Shown in pieces: positions 25,871 to 40,430 of a DNA stretch of 64,000 nt (positions are counted from its first letter, which is position 1; each line of letters opens with the position of its first letter). The notes beneath the pieces are model-generated. The model was not told the DNA's origin. It was given only the letters and a program-made list of their open reading frames with translations, and made no database searches. A program made the translations under genes and the position numbers. The stretch covers positions 4,402,001-4,466,000 of the forward strand of contig NC_090404.1 in the NCBI RefSeq assembly GCF_036365525.1, given 5' to 3'. Origin of the DNA: Heterodontus francisci (lineage: Eukaryota).

Positions 25871-28510
25871 AGAATATAAGAAATAGGAGCAGGAGTCGGT
25901 CATTCAGCCCCTCGAGCTAGCTTTGTTGTTCAATCAGATTATGGGCTGATCTGCTCATGACCTTAACTCCACTTTCCTGCCTGTCCACCATAACCCTTGA
26001 CTCTCTTATAAAGCAAAAATTTGTCCAACTCACCTTTGAATATATACAATGACCCAGCTTCCACTGCCCTCTGGGGAAGAGAATTCCAACCACTAACGAC
26101 CCTCTGAGAGAAGAAATTCCTCTTCCTCCGTCTTAAATGGGAGACCCCTTATTTAGAGACTGTGCCCCCGAGTTCTAGATTCCCCTATGAGGGGAAACAT
26201 CCTCTCTGCAGCTACCCTTTCAAACCCCCTCAGAATCTTATATGTTTCAATAAGGTCATCTCTTATTCTTCTAAACTCCAATGAGTATAGGCCCAACCTA
26301 CTGAACCATTTCTCATACGACAGCCCTTCATCCCAGTCACTGGACTAGTAATCCAGATGCCCAGGCTAGTGCTCTGGGGACATGGGTTAGAATCCCACCA
26401 CGGCAGATGGTGAAATTTGAATTCAATTAATAAACCTGGAATTGTAAAAACTAGTCTAATGTTGACCATGAAACCATGTCGATTGTTATAAAAACCCATC
26501 TGGTTCACTCATGTCCTTTCGAGAATGAAATCTGCCGTCCTTGCCTTGTTTGGCCTACATGTGACTGCAGGCCCAGAGCAATGTGGTTGACTCTTAAAAT
26601 GCCCTCTGAAATGGCCTCGCAAGCCATTCAGTTCAAGGCCAAATAAAGATGGGCAATAAATGTTCCCTTAGCCAGAGATGCCCATATCCCATGAACAAAT
26701 AAAAGAAAGGGAATCGGCCTCGTGAAACTTCTCTGAACTGCTTCCAATGCAAGTACATCCCTCCTTATGTAAGAAGACCAAAACTGTACCAATGCCCTGT
26801 GCAGTTGTAGCTAAATTTCCCTACTTTTATACACCACCGTCCTTGCAATAAACACCAACATTCCATTTGCCTTCCTTATTACTTGCTGTATCTGCATGCT
26901 AACTTTTTGTGATGCCTGCACAAGGATACCCAGATCCCTCTGTACCACAGCATTCTGCAGTCTCTCTCCCTGTAAATATTATTCTGCTTTTCTATCCTCC
27001 TGCATTAAACTCCATCTGCCAAATTCTTGCCCAGTCTCTTAACCTATCTATATGTCTTTGCAGACAGTTGTGTCTTCCTTACAGCTTGCTTTCCGAACAA
27101 TTGTCCACAAATTTGGCTACATACACTCGGTCCTTTCATCCAAGTCATAAATATAGATTGTAAATAGTTGAGGCCCAAGCACTGATCCCTGTGGCAGTCC
27201 ACTAGTTATGGTTTGCCAACCTGAAAATGTGCCACTTACCCTGTCTCTCTGTTTCCTGTTAATTATCCAATCCTCTATGTATGCGAACATATTACCCCCA
27301 ACACCATGAGCTCTTATCTTGTGTAATAAACCTTTTTGTGGCAGCTTATCGAACGCCTTTTGGAAATCCAAAAACACATCTGTTGGTTCCATATTATACA
27401 CCCTGCTTGTTACATCGTCAAAGCACTGTAATAAATTTGCCAAATACAATTTCCTTTTCATAAACCATGTTGACTCTACCTGGCTGCATGATAGAGTCAT
27501 AGAGTCATAACGGTACAGGAGGAGGCCATTCAGCCCACCGAGTCCATGCTGGCTCTCTGGAGAGCAATCCAATCAATCCTGTTCACCAGCTCCATCCCTG
27601 TTGCCCTGAAAATGTATTTCTCTCAAGTGCTCATCCAATTTCCTATTGAAATCATTCATCATCTCTGCTTCCACACTCTCGTGGGCAACAAGTTCCATGT
27701 CATTACCACTCGATGTATAAAGCAGTTCTTCCTTATATAACCACTGCATCTGTAGCCAAAAACCTTAAAATTGTATCCTCTAATCCTTGCACCATCAGCG
27801 AATGGGAATAGATTTGCTTTATCTACTCTATCCAAACCTGTCATAATCTTGCATACCTCTATCAACTCTCTCCTCAGTCGCCTTTGCTCCAAGAAGAACA
27901 ACACCAGATTCTCCAACCTAACCTTGTAGCTAACATTCCTCATCTCTGGGGCCATTCTTATAAATCTCCTCTGCACCCTCACATCCTTCCTAAGTGTGGT
28001 GACCAGTACGAGATGCAATACTTTAGTTGTGGCCTAACCCGAGCTTTACAGAGGCTCAGCAGAACATCCCTGCCTTTGTGCTCAATGCTTCTATTTTTGA
28101 AGCCCAAGATCGCAAATGCTTTGTTAACTCCTCTCTTACTATGTCCTGCTACGTTGAAAGATCTATACACATGAACCTCCAGTTCCCTCTGCCCCTGGAC
28201 ACTCTTTGGAACTGTAACATTTGGTCTATACTGCCTCGGCTTACCCCTTTTGTCAAAATGCATCGCCTCACATATCTCTGTAATAACTTCCATCTGCCAC
28301 TTGCCTGTCCGTTATACTTGCCTATCTATGTACTTTTGTAGTTGATTTGTATCATCCTCATTGTCTGCCAAATGATTTTCTAAATGACCTGTTTCTATTT
28401 CCTCAATCATGAATTCGAGCATTTTTCCAATGACACATGTTCGGCTAACCTGGCTATAGTTCCCTGCTTTCTGTCACCTCCTTTCTTGAATCTTGGTGTT
28501 ACATTTGCGT
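25871..28510 (-). mobile_element. Nested CR1 LINE fragments with an inserted + strand SINE/LINE-tail piece (~26335-26705)
   Basis: [24 protein letters not shown] and other RT C-terminal remnants. Confidence 0.8.
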
Positions 28511-30530
28511 TTTTCCCTCTATCTATCTATCTATCCATCCATCAATGTGGCTGTCTATCTATCAATCTTTGTCAGAGATGTTTTACAGTGCAGCAATAAA
28601 TAAGATAGGACCTGGTGTAATATAAAAAGAGACAGGAGTGAATGCAGTCTTGACTGAGACAGGGCTGTGGGTAATATAATTTGAGACTGGGCCTTGTGCA
28701 GTAATAACTGAGACATTGCCGAGTGTAAAATAACAAGATACATGGTCTAGCCGAGTAATAATCTGGACATGTTTTAGTGTAATATAAGCAAGGACTGGGG
28801 GCGGCCTAGTGGAATATAAACAAAAAGAAGGTCATTTAAATAAAAAGTATGTGAGGGCCTTGTGTAATGTAACCAGAGACATGTTCTCGAGTAATAGAGA
28901 CATAAACAGTCAATTTTATTGTAAACAGAATCACCAGTTAATATAGCAAGAACTGAGAGAGGGCCAAATGATGCTAATAAAGCTGCATGACCTCAAATAA
29001 AATAAACGAAGAGAGATTTTTACTTCAATATCCTTCCTAATAGCATTGTGGGTGTACCTACTCCACAGGGACTGCAGCGGTTCAAGAAAGCAGCTCACGA
29101 TCACCTTCTCAAAGGCAATTATGGAACGACAATTAATGTTGGCCTGGCCAACGACACCCACAACCCATTAAACCAATAAATAAAATAGACTTTCACTGCC
29201 ATCCGCTGGCCAGACATTGCCATTGCTCCTACTGTGAAAATGTCAATGTCGCTAACTGTTTCTGTCGTAATGTATCAAGAAACAACTCAACTAATTCCAG
29301 ATGAACGTGGCCGATTTTTGCCTCGATACATCAGGAACAGTGCAAAGCGGTTGAATTCCAGTTTATGTATTTTTGTTGATCTTGGTTCAAGGGAGGAGTG
29401 TTGACCAGGACACAGTGTGGAACTATGGGACTTTTAATGTCCACCTCAACAAAAAAGGGGTGGGGGAGAGATTATTGTTTCAAAATGTCCCTGGAATGAT
29501 ATTGCCTTTTCATTAATGGACCCATTGGAAGCCTGGTTAATATACTCAGTTTCTGAAGCTGACATGGAATCCACAAATTACTGATTCTGAAATCAGAGTC
29601 AAGTTGTGTTACCCAAGTTGCTGCTGAAATGTTTCCTGTGTCCAGGTGACATTTTATATCCACATTGGTGAATACCATTGCTGTTACGCTTCCGTATACT
29701 GATATCACAAATAGCAACTTCTGGATTACAACTACAAAACTTTTGATTGATACAATTGAAATTCATTGAATCATGGAATCTGACAGCACAGAAGGAGGCC
29801 ATTCGGCCCATCGTGGCGGCTGCTTGAAAGAGCTATCCAATCAGTTCCATTCTCCTGGTCTTTCTCCAAAGTCCTGAAAATCTTTCCTTTTCATGTAATT
29901 ATACAATACACTTTTGAAAGTTACAATTGAAAGTGTTTACACCAACCTTTCAGGTAATTCATTCCAGCTGATAACAACTCGCTGAACTTTTAAAAAAACT
30001 CCTCATCTTCTCCCTTCTTCATTTACCATTGATTCTAAATCTGTGTCCTCTCGTTATCAACATTCCTGCCAGCGGAAACTTTGTCATGGATATTTTTCCA
30101 TGCGATTTGTGTGGTTTGGAACAGGGAAATGTTTGTTCGAATGAGTGAGTTCAGAGGATTTAGTATTTCACCTTCTTCCTCAGCACCTGAGGCCAAGAAG
30201 TTAGATGTTGATGTTGAGTAGCTGAGATCAGCATTACCTGACACGGGAAAGGTCCCTGGTCACTTGGGAAACATTTCATTCAGTTTGTGACAGGGTGTTG
30301 CTGGTTTACTAACAGTAATGTAAACTATTATCATTCGCCTGACAGATGAACTGTTTTGTGATAAAAGCAGAAAGCACTGCAAATACTCAGCAGGTCTGGC
30401 AGCATCTGTGGAGAGAGTAGCAGTGCTAAATTTTCAGGTCTGTGACCTTAACTCAGAACACAAATCAGCACTTTCTATTTTCATTTCAGACTTCCATCAT
30501 CGGCAGTTTTTCCTTTTATTGAACGCTTGC

Positions 30531-30601
30531 TTCCCTGGTCAGGAAACAAACCCGGCCGTGGCGGCAGGAACTCCCAATGCTAACCACTAGACCATCAAGG
30601 A
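30531..30601 (-). pseudogene. tRNA-Glu-derived pseudogene
   Basis: Reverse complement TCCTTGATGGTCTAGTGGTTAGCATTGGGAG...CCGCCACGGCCGGGTTTGTTTCCTGACCAGGGAA resembles vertebrate tRNA-Glu. Anticodon arm and T loop are degraded. Confidence 0.7.
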
Positions 30602-31419
30602 ACAGGACCTGCGACCTCCGGAGCCATTGTTGATATAATTGAAGGTATCGGTGTTAATTTCTTAATTTAATTTGTGCTGGATGCAAAACCATTTCATAAC
30701 GCTGCTGCTTCCAGATCTATTTAAATGTGTCTGTATATTTCGTTCACGTTTCGAGTCAGTCTGTCTTCATTCTGAAAGTACTTTCTGCCTGTTTATTTCC
30801 CTCTTACTTTTCATTTACACCTAAATATTATCACAGTCTTGTGTTTTATTTATCTCTTTGGGAAATATTGTGCTGTTCCTTTAAGACTGTAAAAGATCAG
30901 TGCAACTTTCAGGCAGTAGGTTCCGGAGGGTCAGTGAGCCAGGGTGCATTCCGATTGCCAAACAGCAGCCACAGAGAAAGAGAGGACACGAGATTCAATG
31001 TTACAGGTTAGACTTTTAAAATTAGCCGAACAACTGTCAGAAGCGGAGCTCTGAGACAATTTAAAATGAAAAAAACTGTGTTATTTCTCTCTCAAAATTC
31101 TACAAAGCGTCAAGCCGAATTAATTCTATAAAAAATAAGAAAAGGCTTCTTCTTTCACAACAAGTTATTGATATCTGCTGTGTTCATTGCTGGAAAAAAA
31201 AGAAGAGGTTAATGCAACAACTGCCGAACTGCTGAACCTTTATATTTGAGGTATCCTTTTTCTCATGGGACCATGGAAGACTGCAAGTGAATTTTGACTG
31301 CAGTGTATTGGAAGACCAGTCGTAAGAATCGTAACTTACAGAGACTTGTTTATTTGTTCTATTTCTGAGAGGAAGATACACTTACAAATCAGCAATCTTT
31401 TAAAACCGAGTTTCTGTAA

Positions 31420-34270
31420 TCATAGAGTGATAGTGCACAGAAGCAGGCTCTTCGGCCCATCCTGTCCACGCCGGCCATCAAGCAACTATCCATTCTAATC
31501 CTATTTCCCACCATATGGCCCATAGCCTTGTATGCTATGGCGTTTCAAGTGCTCATCAAAATACACACTGCAGCCTCACAGCTCTCGGGACCCGGGTTCG
31601 ATTCTGAGTACTGCCTGTGTGTAGTTTGCAAGTTCTCCCTGTGTCTGCGTGGGTTTCCTCTGGGTGCTCCGGTTTCCTCCCACATGCCAAAGCCTTGCAG
31701 GTTGATAGGTTAATTGGCCATTATAAGTTTCCCTTAGTATAGGTAGGTGGCAGGGAAATATATAGGGACAGGTGGGGATGTGGTAGGAATATGGGATTAC
31801 TGTAGGATTAGTAAAAATGGGTGGTTGATGTTCGGCACAGACTCGGTGGGCCGAAGAGCCTGTTTCAGTGCTGTATCTCTAAACTAAACTAAAATTCGCA
31901 AATGTTGTGAGGGTTCATGCCTCCACCAAAATTTCAGGCAGTGTGTTCCAGATTCCAACCGCACTCTGGGTGGTTTGTTTTCCTCAAATCCCATCTAAGC
32001 CTCCTTCCCCTTATCTTTAATCAATGCCCACTGGTTATTGACACCTCTGCTGAGGGAAATCGTTTCTTCCTATCTACCCAAACTATGCCCCTCATAACTT
32101 TCTACCCCTCAATCAGGTCCCCCCTCAGACTTCCCTGCGCTTAGGAAAACAACCCTAGCCTATCCACTCTCTCTTCACTGCTCAAATGCTCCAGCCCAGG
32201 CAACAATCTGGTGAGGCTCCTCTGCACCCTCTCCAGAGCAATCACATCCTTCCGATAGTGTAGCGACCAGAATTGTACAGAGTACTCCAGCTGTGGCCTA
32301 AATAGTGTTTCATACAACTCCATCATAACTTCCCTGCTCTTATATTCTATGCCTCGCATAATATAGGCAAATATCCCAAATGCCTTCCTAACCACCTTAT
32401 CTACCTGTGCTGCTGCCTTCAGTCTTCAGTGATACATGGACAAGTCCGCCAAGGCCCTTGTGACTCTCTGTACTTCCTAGGGACCTACAACACATTGCAT
32501 ATTCTCCTGCCTTGTTAGTCCTCCCAAAATGCATCTCAGGATTAAATTATACTTGCCACTGCTCTGCTCATCTTATCAGCCCATATATATCGTCCTGTAA
32601 TCTAATGCTATCCTCCTCACTATTTACAACACCACCAATTTTCGTGTCATCTGCAAATTTACTGATACCTCCTATATTCACGTCTAAATCATTAATGTAC
32701 ACCACAAACAGCAAGGGTCCCAGCCCCGATTCCTGTGGTACACCACTGGTCACAGGCTCCCAATCGCAAAAACCACCAACCACCACCCTCTGCCTCTTGT
32801 CACTGAGCCAATCTTGGATCCAATTTGCCAAATTATACTGGATCCCATGGGCTCTTATCTTCTTTCCCAATCTCCCTTGCGGGACCTTATCAAAAGCCTT
32901 ACTGAAGCCCATGTAGACTACATCAACTGCTTTACCCTCATCGACACACCTAGTGACCTCCTAGAAAAATTCAATCAAATTTGTTAGGCACGATCTCCCT
33001 CTGACAAATCCATGCTGACTATCCCTTATTAATCACTGCCTCTCCAAGTGTAGTTTAATCCTGTACATCAGAACACTTTCCAAACGTTTCCCAACGACTG
33101 GTGATGGACTCACTTTCCTGCAAATACCTAGTTTATCCCTACTTCCCTTCTTGAATAATGATACCTCATTCACTGACCCCCAGTCCTCTGGCATTTCTCT
33201 TGTGGCCAGAGAGGTTTTGAAAATTTGTGTCAGAGCCCCAGTAATCTCCTCGCTTGTCTCACAAATCAGCCTGGGTTACATCTCATCTGGGTCTGGGGAT
33301 TTATCCACTTTTAAGCCCACTAAAACCGTTCATACCTCCTCCCTTTCAATGCTAATTTGTTCAAGTATATCACAATCCCCCTCCCTGATCTTTTCACCTT
33401 CATCGTCCTTTTCCAATGTGAACACAGATGGAAAGTAATCATTTAAAACCTCACCTACATCTTCCAGCTCCACACACAGATTGCTGCTTCGGTCCTTAAT
33501 GGGCACTACTCGTTCCCTGATTATTCTCTTGCCATAAATATACTTATAAAATGCTTTGGGATATTCCTTTATCTTGCCCACCCGTGTGTTTTTCATGCCG
33601 CCTCTTCCCTCTCCAATTTTTTTTTAACTGCACCCCGACACTTCCTCTCCTCCTCGAGGGCCTCCACAGCTTTCAGCTCTCTGAATATGCCGTTGGGCTC
33701 CTTTTGTTTTCCTTATTCAATCCTCTATATCACTTGACATCTTGGATTCCCTAGACTTATTGGTCCTACCCTTTACCTTTACTAGAATATGTTGGCTCTG
33801 AACTCTCACTATTTCCTTTTTGAATGACTCTGATATATACTTTTCTGAAAGTAGCTGATCCCAGTCCAATTTGACCAGGTCCTGTTTTATAATATTTGAA
33901 AGTGGCCTTCCCCCAATTCAGTACCATTATTTCCGGTCCATCTTTGTCCTTTTCCATAACTACCTTAACTCTTACAGAGTCCTATCCCCGACATGCTTCC
34001 CCACTGACGCTTCTACCAATTTGGCGGCTTCATTTTCAAAGCGCAGATCCTGTATGGCCCCTTCTCTTGTAGGACGTTCTACGTGCTGGCTAACAAAGAT
34101 CTCACAGATGCACTTTAAGAATTACGCCCCCTTTAAACCTTTTTCACTGAGACTATCTCAGCTAATATTGTGGAAGTTGAAATACCCTACAATTATTACC
34201 CTATTATTTTTACACCTCTCTGAGATTTGCTGACATATCTGCTCCGTTACCTCTCCGTGGCTGTTTGGAG
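31420..34270 (-). mobile_element. Decayed CR1 LINE with nested HE1-like SINE (31565-31893)
   Basis: FSKAFDKVP, FADD, LEYSVQFWS motifs. Confidence 0.9.
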
Positions 34271-34449
34271 GCCTGGAGTGCACTTGGGGGTACTCATTCA
34301 AGGAATGCACAAAATTAATATGCAAGTGCAGCAGGCGATTAGCAAGGCAAATGGAATGTTGGCCTTTATTACAAGGGGGTGGAAATACAGGAAGAAAGAA
34401 GTCTTACTGAAACACTGTCTGCATTTTTGGTCTCCACATTTAAGAAAGG

Positions 34450-35760
34450 AATTTTTTATTCGTTACATGGGATGTGGGCGACGCTGGCCAGGCCAGCATT
34501 TATTGCCCATTCCTAATTGCCCTTGAGAAGGTGGTGGTGAGATGCCTTCTTCAACCGCTGCAGTCCATGTGCAGGTAGGTACGCACAGTGCTATTAGGAA
34601 GGGAGTTCCAGGTTTTGATGCAGCGACAGTGAAGGAACAGCGATCTCGTTCGAAGTCAGGGTTGTGTGTGGCTTGGAGGGGATCTTGCAGGTGGTGGTGT
34701 TCCCAACCATTGCTGCCCTTGTCCTTCTAGGTGGTAGAGATCGCGGGTTTGGAAGGTACGTCGAATGAGCCTTGCTGCATTGCTGCAGTGCATCTTGTAG
34801 ATGGCACACACTGCTGCCACTGTGTGTCGGTGGTGAAGCAAGTGAATGTTTGTGGATGGGGTACCAATCAAGCCGGTTGCTTTATCCTTGATGGTGTCCA
34901 GTTTCTTCTATGTTGTTGGAGCTACATCCATCCAGGCAAGTGGAGAGTATTCCCTCACACTCCTGACTTGTTCCTTGTAGATGGCAGACAGGCTTTGGGG
35001 AGTCAGGAGGTGAGTTACTCGCCGCAGGATTCCTAGCCTCTGACCTGCATTTGTAGTCACGGCTGCTCGTGTATGTTTCTGATCAATGTTCACCCTCAAG
35101 ATGTTGATAGTGGGGGATTCGGCGATCACAATGCCATTGAATGACAAGAGGAAATGGTTAGATTCTCTTTTGATGAAGATGGTCATTGCCTGGCACGTCG
35201 GTGGTGCGAACGTTGCTTGCCACTTATCAGTCCTCACTGGATATTGTCCAGGTCTGGCTGTATTTCTACACGGGATGCTTCAGTATATGAGGAGTTGCGA
35301 ATGGTGCTGAATATTGTGTAATCATCAGAGAACATCCTCACTTCTGGCCTTATGATTGAAGGAAGGTCATCGATGCATCAGCTTAAGATGGTTGGGCCTA
35401 GGACACTACCCTGAGGAACTCCTGCAATGATGTCTGGCAGCTGAGAATTTTGACCTCCAACAACCACAGCCATCGTCCTTTGCACAAGGTATGATTCCAA
35501 CCAGTGGAAAATTTTCCCCCTGATTCCCATTGATTCCAGTTTTACTAGGGCTCCTTGGTGTCGTTCTCTGTCAAATGTTGCCTTGATGTCAAGGGCACTC
35601 ACTCTCACCTCACCTCGAGAGTTCAGCTCTTTTGTCCATGTTTGAACCAAGGCGGTAATGAGGTCTGGAAATGAGTGGCCCTGGCGGAACCCAAACTGAG
35701 CGTCACTGAGCAGGTTATTGCTGAGCAAGTGCCGCTTGATGGCACTGTCAATGCACTAGT
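34450..35760 (-). mobile_element. CR1/L2-type LINE RT fragment; paralog at ~51075-52190
   Basis: [28 protein letters not shown]; tail gggcaattaggaatgggcaataaatgctggcc. Confidence 0.85.
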
Positions 35761-36581
35761 AATCCAGAAATGCAGGGTATTCCCTTCAGGGAAGGAGTTC
35801 GAATCCCACCATGACAGAAAGTGGACTGAAAGCAAAATACTGCGGATGCTCGAAATCTGAAATAAAAACAAGAAATGCTGGAACCACTCAGCAGGTCGGG
35901 CAGCATCTGTGGAGAGAGAAGCAGAGTTAACGTTAAGGGACACTGACTATGATGAGAGGTTGAGTAAATTGGCCGATATTCTCTGGAGTTTAGAAGAATG
36001 AGAGGTCTTCTAATTGACAGGGTGGAAGCTGAGAGATGGTTTTCACTGGTCAGAGAATGCAGAAAACTGGGACACAGCCTTAGGATAAGGGACCAATCAT
36101 TCAGGCGTCAGATGAGGAGAAATTACTACACTCAAAGCTTTGTGAATGTTTGGAATTCTCTACCACAGAGGGTTGTGGATGCGCCATTATTGCATACATT
36201 TAAGGCTGGGATAGATAGTTGTTTGGCTTCGCAAGGATTCAAAGGGTATGGGGAGTGGCAGGAAAGTGGCGTTGAAGCCCAAGATCAGCCATGATCGTTT
36301 TAAATGGCGGAGCAGTCTCGATGGACCATATGATCTACTTCTGCTCCTATTGCTTGTGTTCTTGTGGGAGCTCCCTTGGGCAGTGGTATTTGGCAAATAA
36401 CCCTCTGGCTGGGTAATCTTTTGCAAGTTTCGATTGGATGCTGCTTTAATGCAACTGATGCACTTAAAACTTGCCTCCTCCCAACTGAATAGAATTCCGC
36501 AAGTGTTGTTGTCGAGAGTTGTCGACATTTGCAATTTCAGTGAGATCTTTGTTTCACAGCAGAGGCTGTTTATCGGTGTGA

Positions 36582-36596
36582 CAGCGCCCTCTGGTG
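36582..36596 (-). promoter_or_regulatory. CTCF-like binding site
   Basis: Reverse complement CACCAGAGGGCGCTG matches the CTCF core consensus. Confidence 0.65.
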
Positions 36597-36629
36597 AGCA
36601 CTAATCGGAACTCTCATTCTGGAGTTTTT

Positions 36630-38905
36630 GACGAGAACATCGGAGCAGGAGCAGTCCATACAGCCAATCGAGCCGACTCCGCCATTCAACACGATCTTGG
36701 CAGATCATCCACTTCAACGGCTTTTCCCACGCTATCTCCCCTTAATGCCATTGACGTCTAGAAATCATGTTAATGATTGCTTTAAATATCCTCATTGACT
36801 GAGTTTCCACAAACCGATGGGGTAGAGAATTCCAAAGATTCACAACCCTCTGAGTAATGACATTTCTCCTCATCTCTGCCTGAAGTGGTTTCACCCTTAT
36901 TTTGAAATTGTGCCCCCTGGTTCTAGATCCCCCAACAAGGGGAAACATCTTACCTGCATCTACCCTGTCTATCCCCTTAAGTATTTTGTAGGTTACAATG
37001 AGATCATCTCTCATTCTTCGAAACTCTAGAGAACACAGGCCCAAGTTCCCCACTCTCTTTTCATAAGGCAGTCCTGCCATCCAGGGAGCAAGCCTGGTGA
37101 GCCTCGTTGCACTCTCTCTTTGGTAATAATATCCTTCCTCAGTAAGGGAACCAAAACGGCACACAATCCTGCAGGTGCTGTTTAACCGAGGTTCTATACA
37201 ATTGAAGCCAGACTTCACTAGTCCCGTACTCAAAACCTCTTGCAAAAAAATGATGAGAGATACAGCACTGAAACAGGCCCTTCGGCCCACCGAGTCTGTG
37301 CCGACCATCAACCACCCATTGATGCTAATGCTACTCTAATCCCATATTTCTACCACATCCCCACCTGTCCCTATATTTCCCGACCACCTACCTACACTAG
37401 GGGCAATTGCTAATGGCCAATTTACCTGTCAACCTGCAAGTCTTTGGCATGTGGGAGGAAACCGGAGCTCCCGGAGGAAACCCACTCAAACACAGGGAGA
37501 ACATGCAAACTCCGCACAGGCAGTACCCAGAATTGAACCCGGGACGCTGGAGCGGTGAGGCTGCGGTGCCACCCACTGCATTATTTAATCTCTTACTATT
37601 TAAGAAATACTCTGCACATCTATTCCTCCTAGCAAAGTGAATAATCTCACATTTTTCCACATTATGTCCATCTGCCACGTTCTTGCCCACTCACTAGGTC
37701 TCTCCAAATCCCCTTGAAGCCGCTTTGCATCTTCCTCACAACAGACATTCCGGTCTAGTTTTGTGTCATCCATGAACTTTGAAATATTACATTTGGTTCC
37801 CATATCTAAATCATTGACAAATATTGTGAACAGCTGGAGCCTAAATACTGATCCTCGCCGTACCTCACTAGTCACAGCCTGCTAATGCGAGAATTACCCA
37901 TTTATTACTACTCTCTGCTTTCAGCCTGTTAACAAATCCTTAAACTACTCCAGTATATATTACCTCCTATCGCATGTGCTTTCATTTTGCTGACCAACCT
38001 CCTGTGGAGGACTTCATCAAAACGTTCTGAAAATCCAAGTATACTACGTCCATTGACTCTCCTTCATCACTTCTGTTAGTAATATCTTCAAAAAAACTTC
38101 TAAAGGTTCGTCAAACATGATTTCCCACTCATAAAACCATGTTTACTATGCACAGTCTGATCATTATTATCCAAGTGTCCACTTATTACATCCGTTACAA
38201 TACATTCGAGCATTTCCCTAGCACTGATGTAAGACTAACAGGTCCGTATTTCCCTGTTTTCTCTCTCCCTCCCTTCTTAAATTGTGGGGTGACATTTCTC
38301 ACCTTCCAATTTGCCGGAACCGTTCCAGAATCTATAGAATTTTGGAATATGATCACCAACACTTCCACTATCTCATAGTTTCCGCTTTTAAAACACTGGG
38401 ATACGAACATAGGAATTCGGAGCAGGTGTAGGCCACTCAGCCCCTCGAACCTGCTACACCATTCAATAAGTTCATGGCTGAACTGATTATTGCATATTAC
38501 CACCTACCCCCGATCATCTTTCACCCCCTTGCTTATCAAGAAGCTATCTACCTCCGCCTTAAACATATTCAAAGACTCTGCTTCCATTGCCTTCTGAGGA
38601 AGAGAGTTCCAAAGACTCACGAACCTCTGAGAGTACTGGGATGAGAGAGGGATATACAATATCAGGTCCCATGGACTTATCAGCATTTAGCCCTATTAAT
38701 TTCTCCAATACAACCTTCTTACTAACACCAAATTCCTTCAATTACTCATTCTCCCTCGTCCCTTGAATCTCTAAAGCTGGGAGATTTATTATACCTTCCT
38801 CAGTGAAGACTGACACAAAGTAAACATTTAGCTTTACCATTTCTCTATTCCCCATTTTAAATTCACTTGAATCTGCCTGTAATGGACCCACATTTGCCTT
38901 AGCCT
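36630..38905 (-). mobile_element. CR1 LINE fragments with nested HE1-like SINE (37245-37575)
   Basis: RT remnants (KFMDDTKL, NWKVRNVTP, TRGHNFKI). Confidence 0.85.
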
Positions 38906-38929
38906 AACGAGTCCGATGCATTCCTGAAG

Positions 38930-39382
38930 TAGTGCGGGGCTCATGGCGCAGAAATGCAAGGCGATGTTGGAGATCAGGGCATTGCCAATCGCTAGCTCAG
39001 TAATCTTGGCATCTTTTGTCAACATAGAAACAAACCAATTAATGATGTCGGTGTTCCTGTGTACATTCCCTCCATTAAGATGAAGCATATACTGTGCCGG
39101 CTGCCCAGCGTGCTGACTGCACCAGTACATATAAGTGTGAGAATCGTTTCTCTTTTCAAGCTACACAGTCGTGTGATGTTACTTTTCTCTTCAATTGTCA
39201 TTTCAAGGACAGTCTGTTCAATTGTGTCTTGGTGGTTCAATTATAAGAGAATATCAGAGTAATAGTCATGATTAGAAGCATTATCATCACCACCATCTCA
39301 ATGAACATAATTATCATCATTTGACCAATAATGAAACCTAGGTTGCAGCAGGGAAAATGCATTTTTGCTTGAAAGGAAACAT
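38930..39382 (-). pseudogene. TCR alpha/delta-type V pseudogene (inverted), with probable leader 39338-39382 and V exon ~38937-39242
   Basis: Two frameshifted ORFs join as LNHQDTIEQTVLEMTIEEKSNITRLCSL / YMYWCSQHAGQPAQYML...ELAIGNALISNIALHFCAMS. Acceptor mutated; degenerate heptamer CGCACTA; nonamer region replaced by LINE sequence. Confidence 0.8.
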
Positions 39383-39879
39383 GACAGTAAAGTAATTTAA
39401 TGATTATTAACAGTGGGAGCCTGTTCCATATGATGCTTTCTGAGTCTGTAATTCTGCAGTCTGGAAAATACGCTGTCTGAGCGAACGCATTTCCTAACCC
39501 ACTGACCTTCTAACTCAGCCAGTGCCAAACAGGGAACAGCGACAGCAATCTCTCCATAAACACAGGGGAAGCAAGGCGGCTCAGAGCCAGAGCAACTGAA
39601 ATTTTGCGGGCGGGGCTGCCGCGGGGGCAGTGTTGACACATGGAGGATTCATTTGTAAGGAACTGAATTCATTCATAATGTCGCAATCTGAAATTGTATA
39701 ACTCTGCCTGTCTCTAAGAGTTGTTTTACTTGCGTAATTATTGCACATTCGCTACAAGCAGGCTTGCGATATGAAAGACAGAATTATTATATTATTTACA
39801 AGTTACCAAAATCTTCATCAGTGAAGTGGGTTAAAACTCGGGTGGGAATGTAACGGTGGGAAATGGAATGAAATGGTAA

Positions 39880-40430
39880 TAAAAGCAAAATACTGCAGAT
39901 GTTGGAAATCTAATAGGACAAGGTCACAGAAAATAACTGAGCAGCAGGTCATGGACCAAAGGCAGCGGTATGTTAATGGTGTGGTCACATACAAGCGTTA
40001 GTGCAGAGAGGGTGCACATTGACAGAAAATGAACAGCCCTGACCCCAAGCACAAGCATGAAAAAAACTGTGAGTAGGCACAATAGAAACAAACGAAGCAA
40101 ATTAAAATAAAATAAAAGAAACAAATAACAAAGAAAAAAGAAAAAATAACTAAGAATAAAAATTAAAAGGTGGGTCCGTCATGCACTGAAATTTTTGAAC
40201 TCAGTGTTCAGTCCGGCAGGCTGTAGTGTGCCGAATCGGTAACTGAGATGCTGTTCCTCGAGCTTGCGTTGACGTTCACTGGAACACTGCAGCAACCCCA
40301 GGACAGAGATGTGGGCATGAGAACAGGGGTTGAATTGAAATGGACAGCAACCGGAAGCTCGGGGTCATGCTTTCGGACTGAGTGGAGGTGTTCTGCAAAG
40401 CGGTCACCCAATCTGCGTTTAGTCTCCTCG
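39880..40430 (-). mobile_element. Penelope-like element 3' part (GIY-YIG end plus terminal repeat)
   Basis: GDRFAEHLHSVRKHDPELPVAVHFNS. Confidence 0.85.

Noticed and set aside
30222-30262. tRNA-Val-like fragment (cctgacacgggaaaggtccctggt)
   Set aside because: Too short and degenerate to fold or to call.
36555-36582. EAVYRC motif resembling a V-domain F strand
   Set aside because: No other V framework features; it sits next to the CTCF-like motif.
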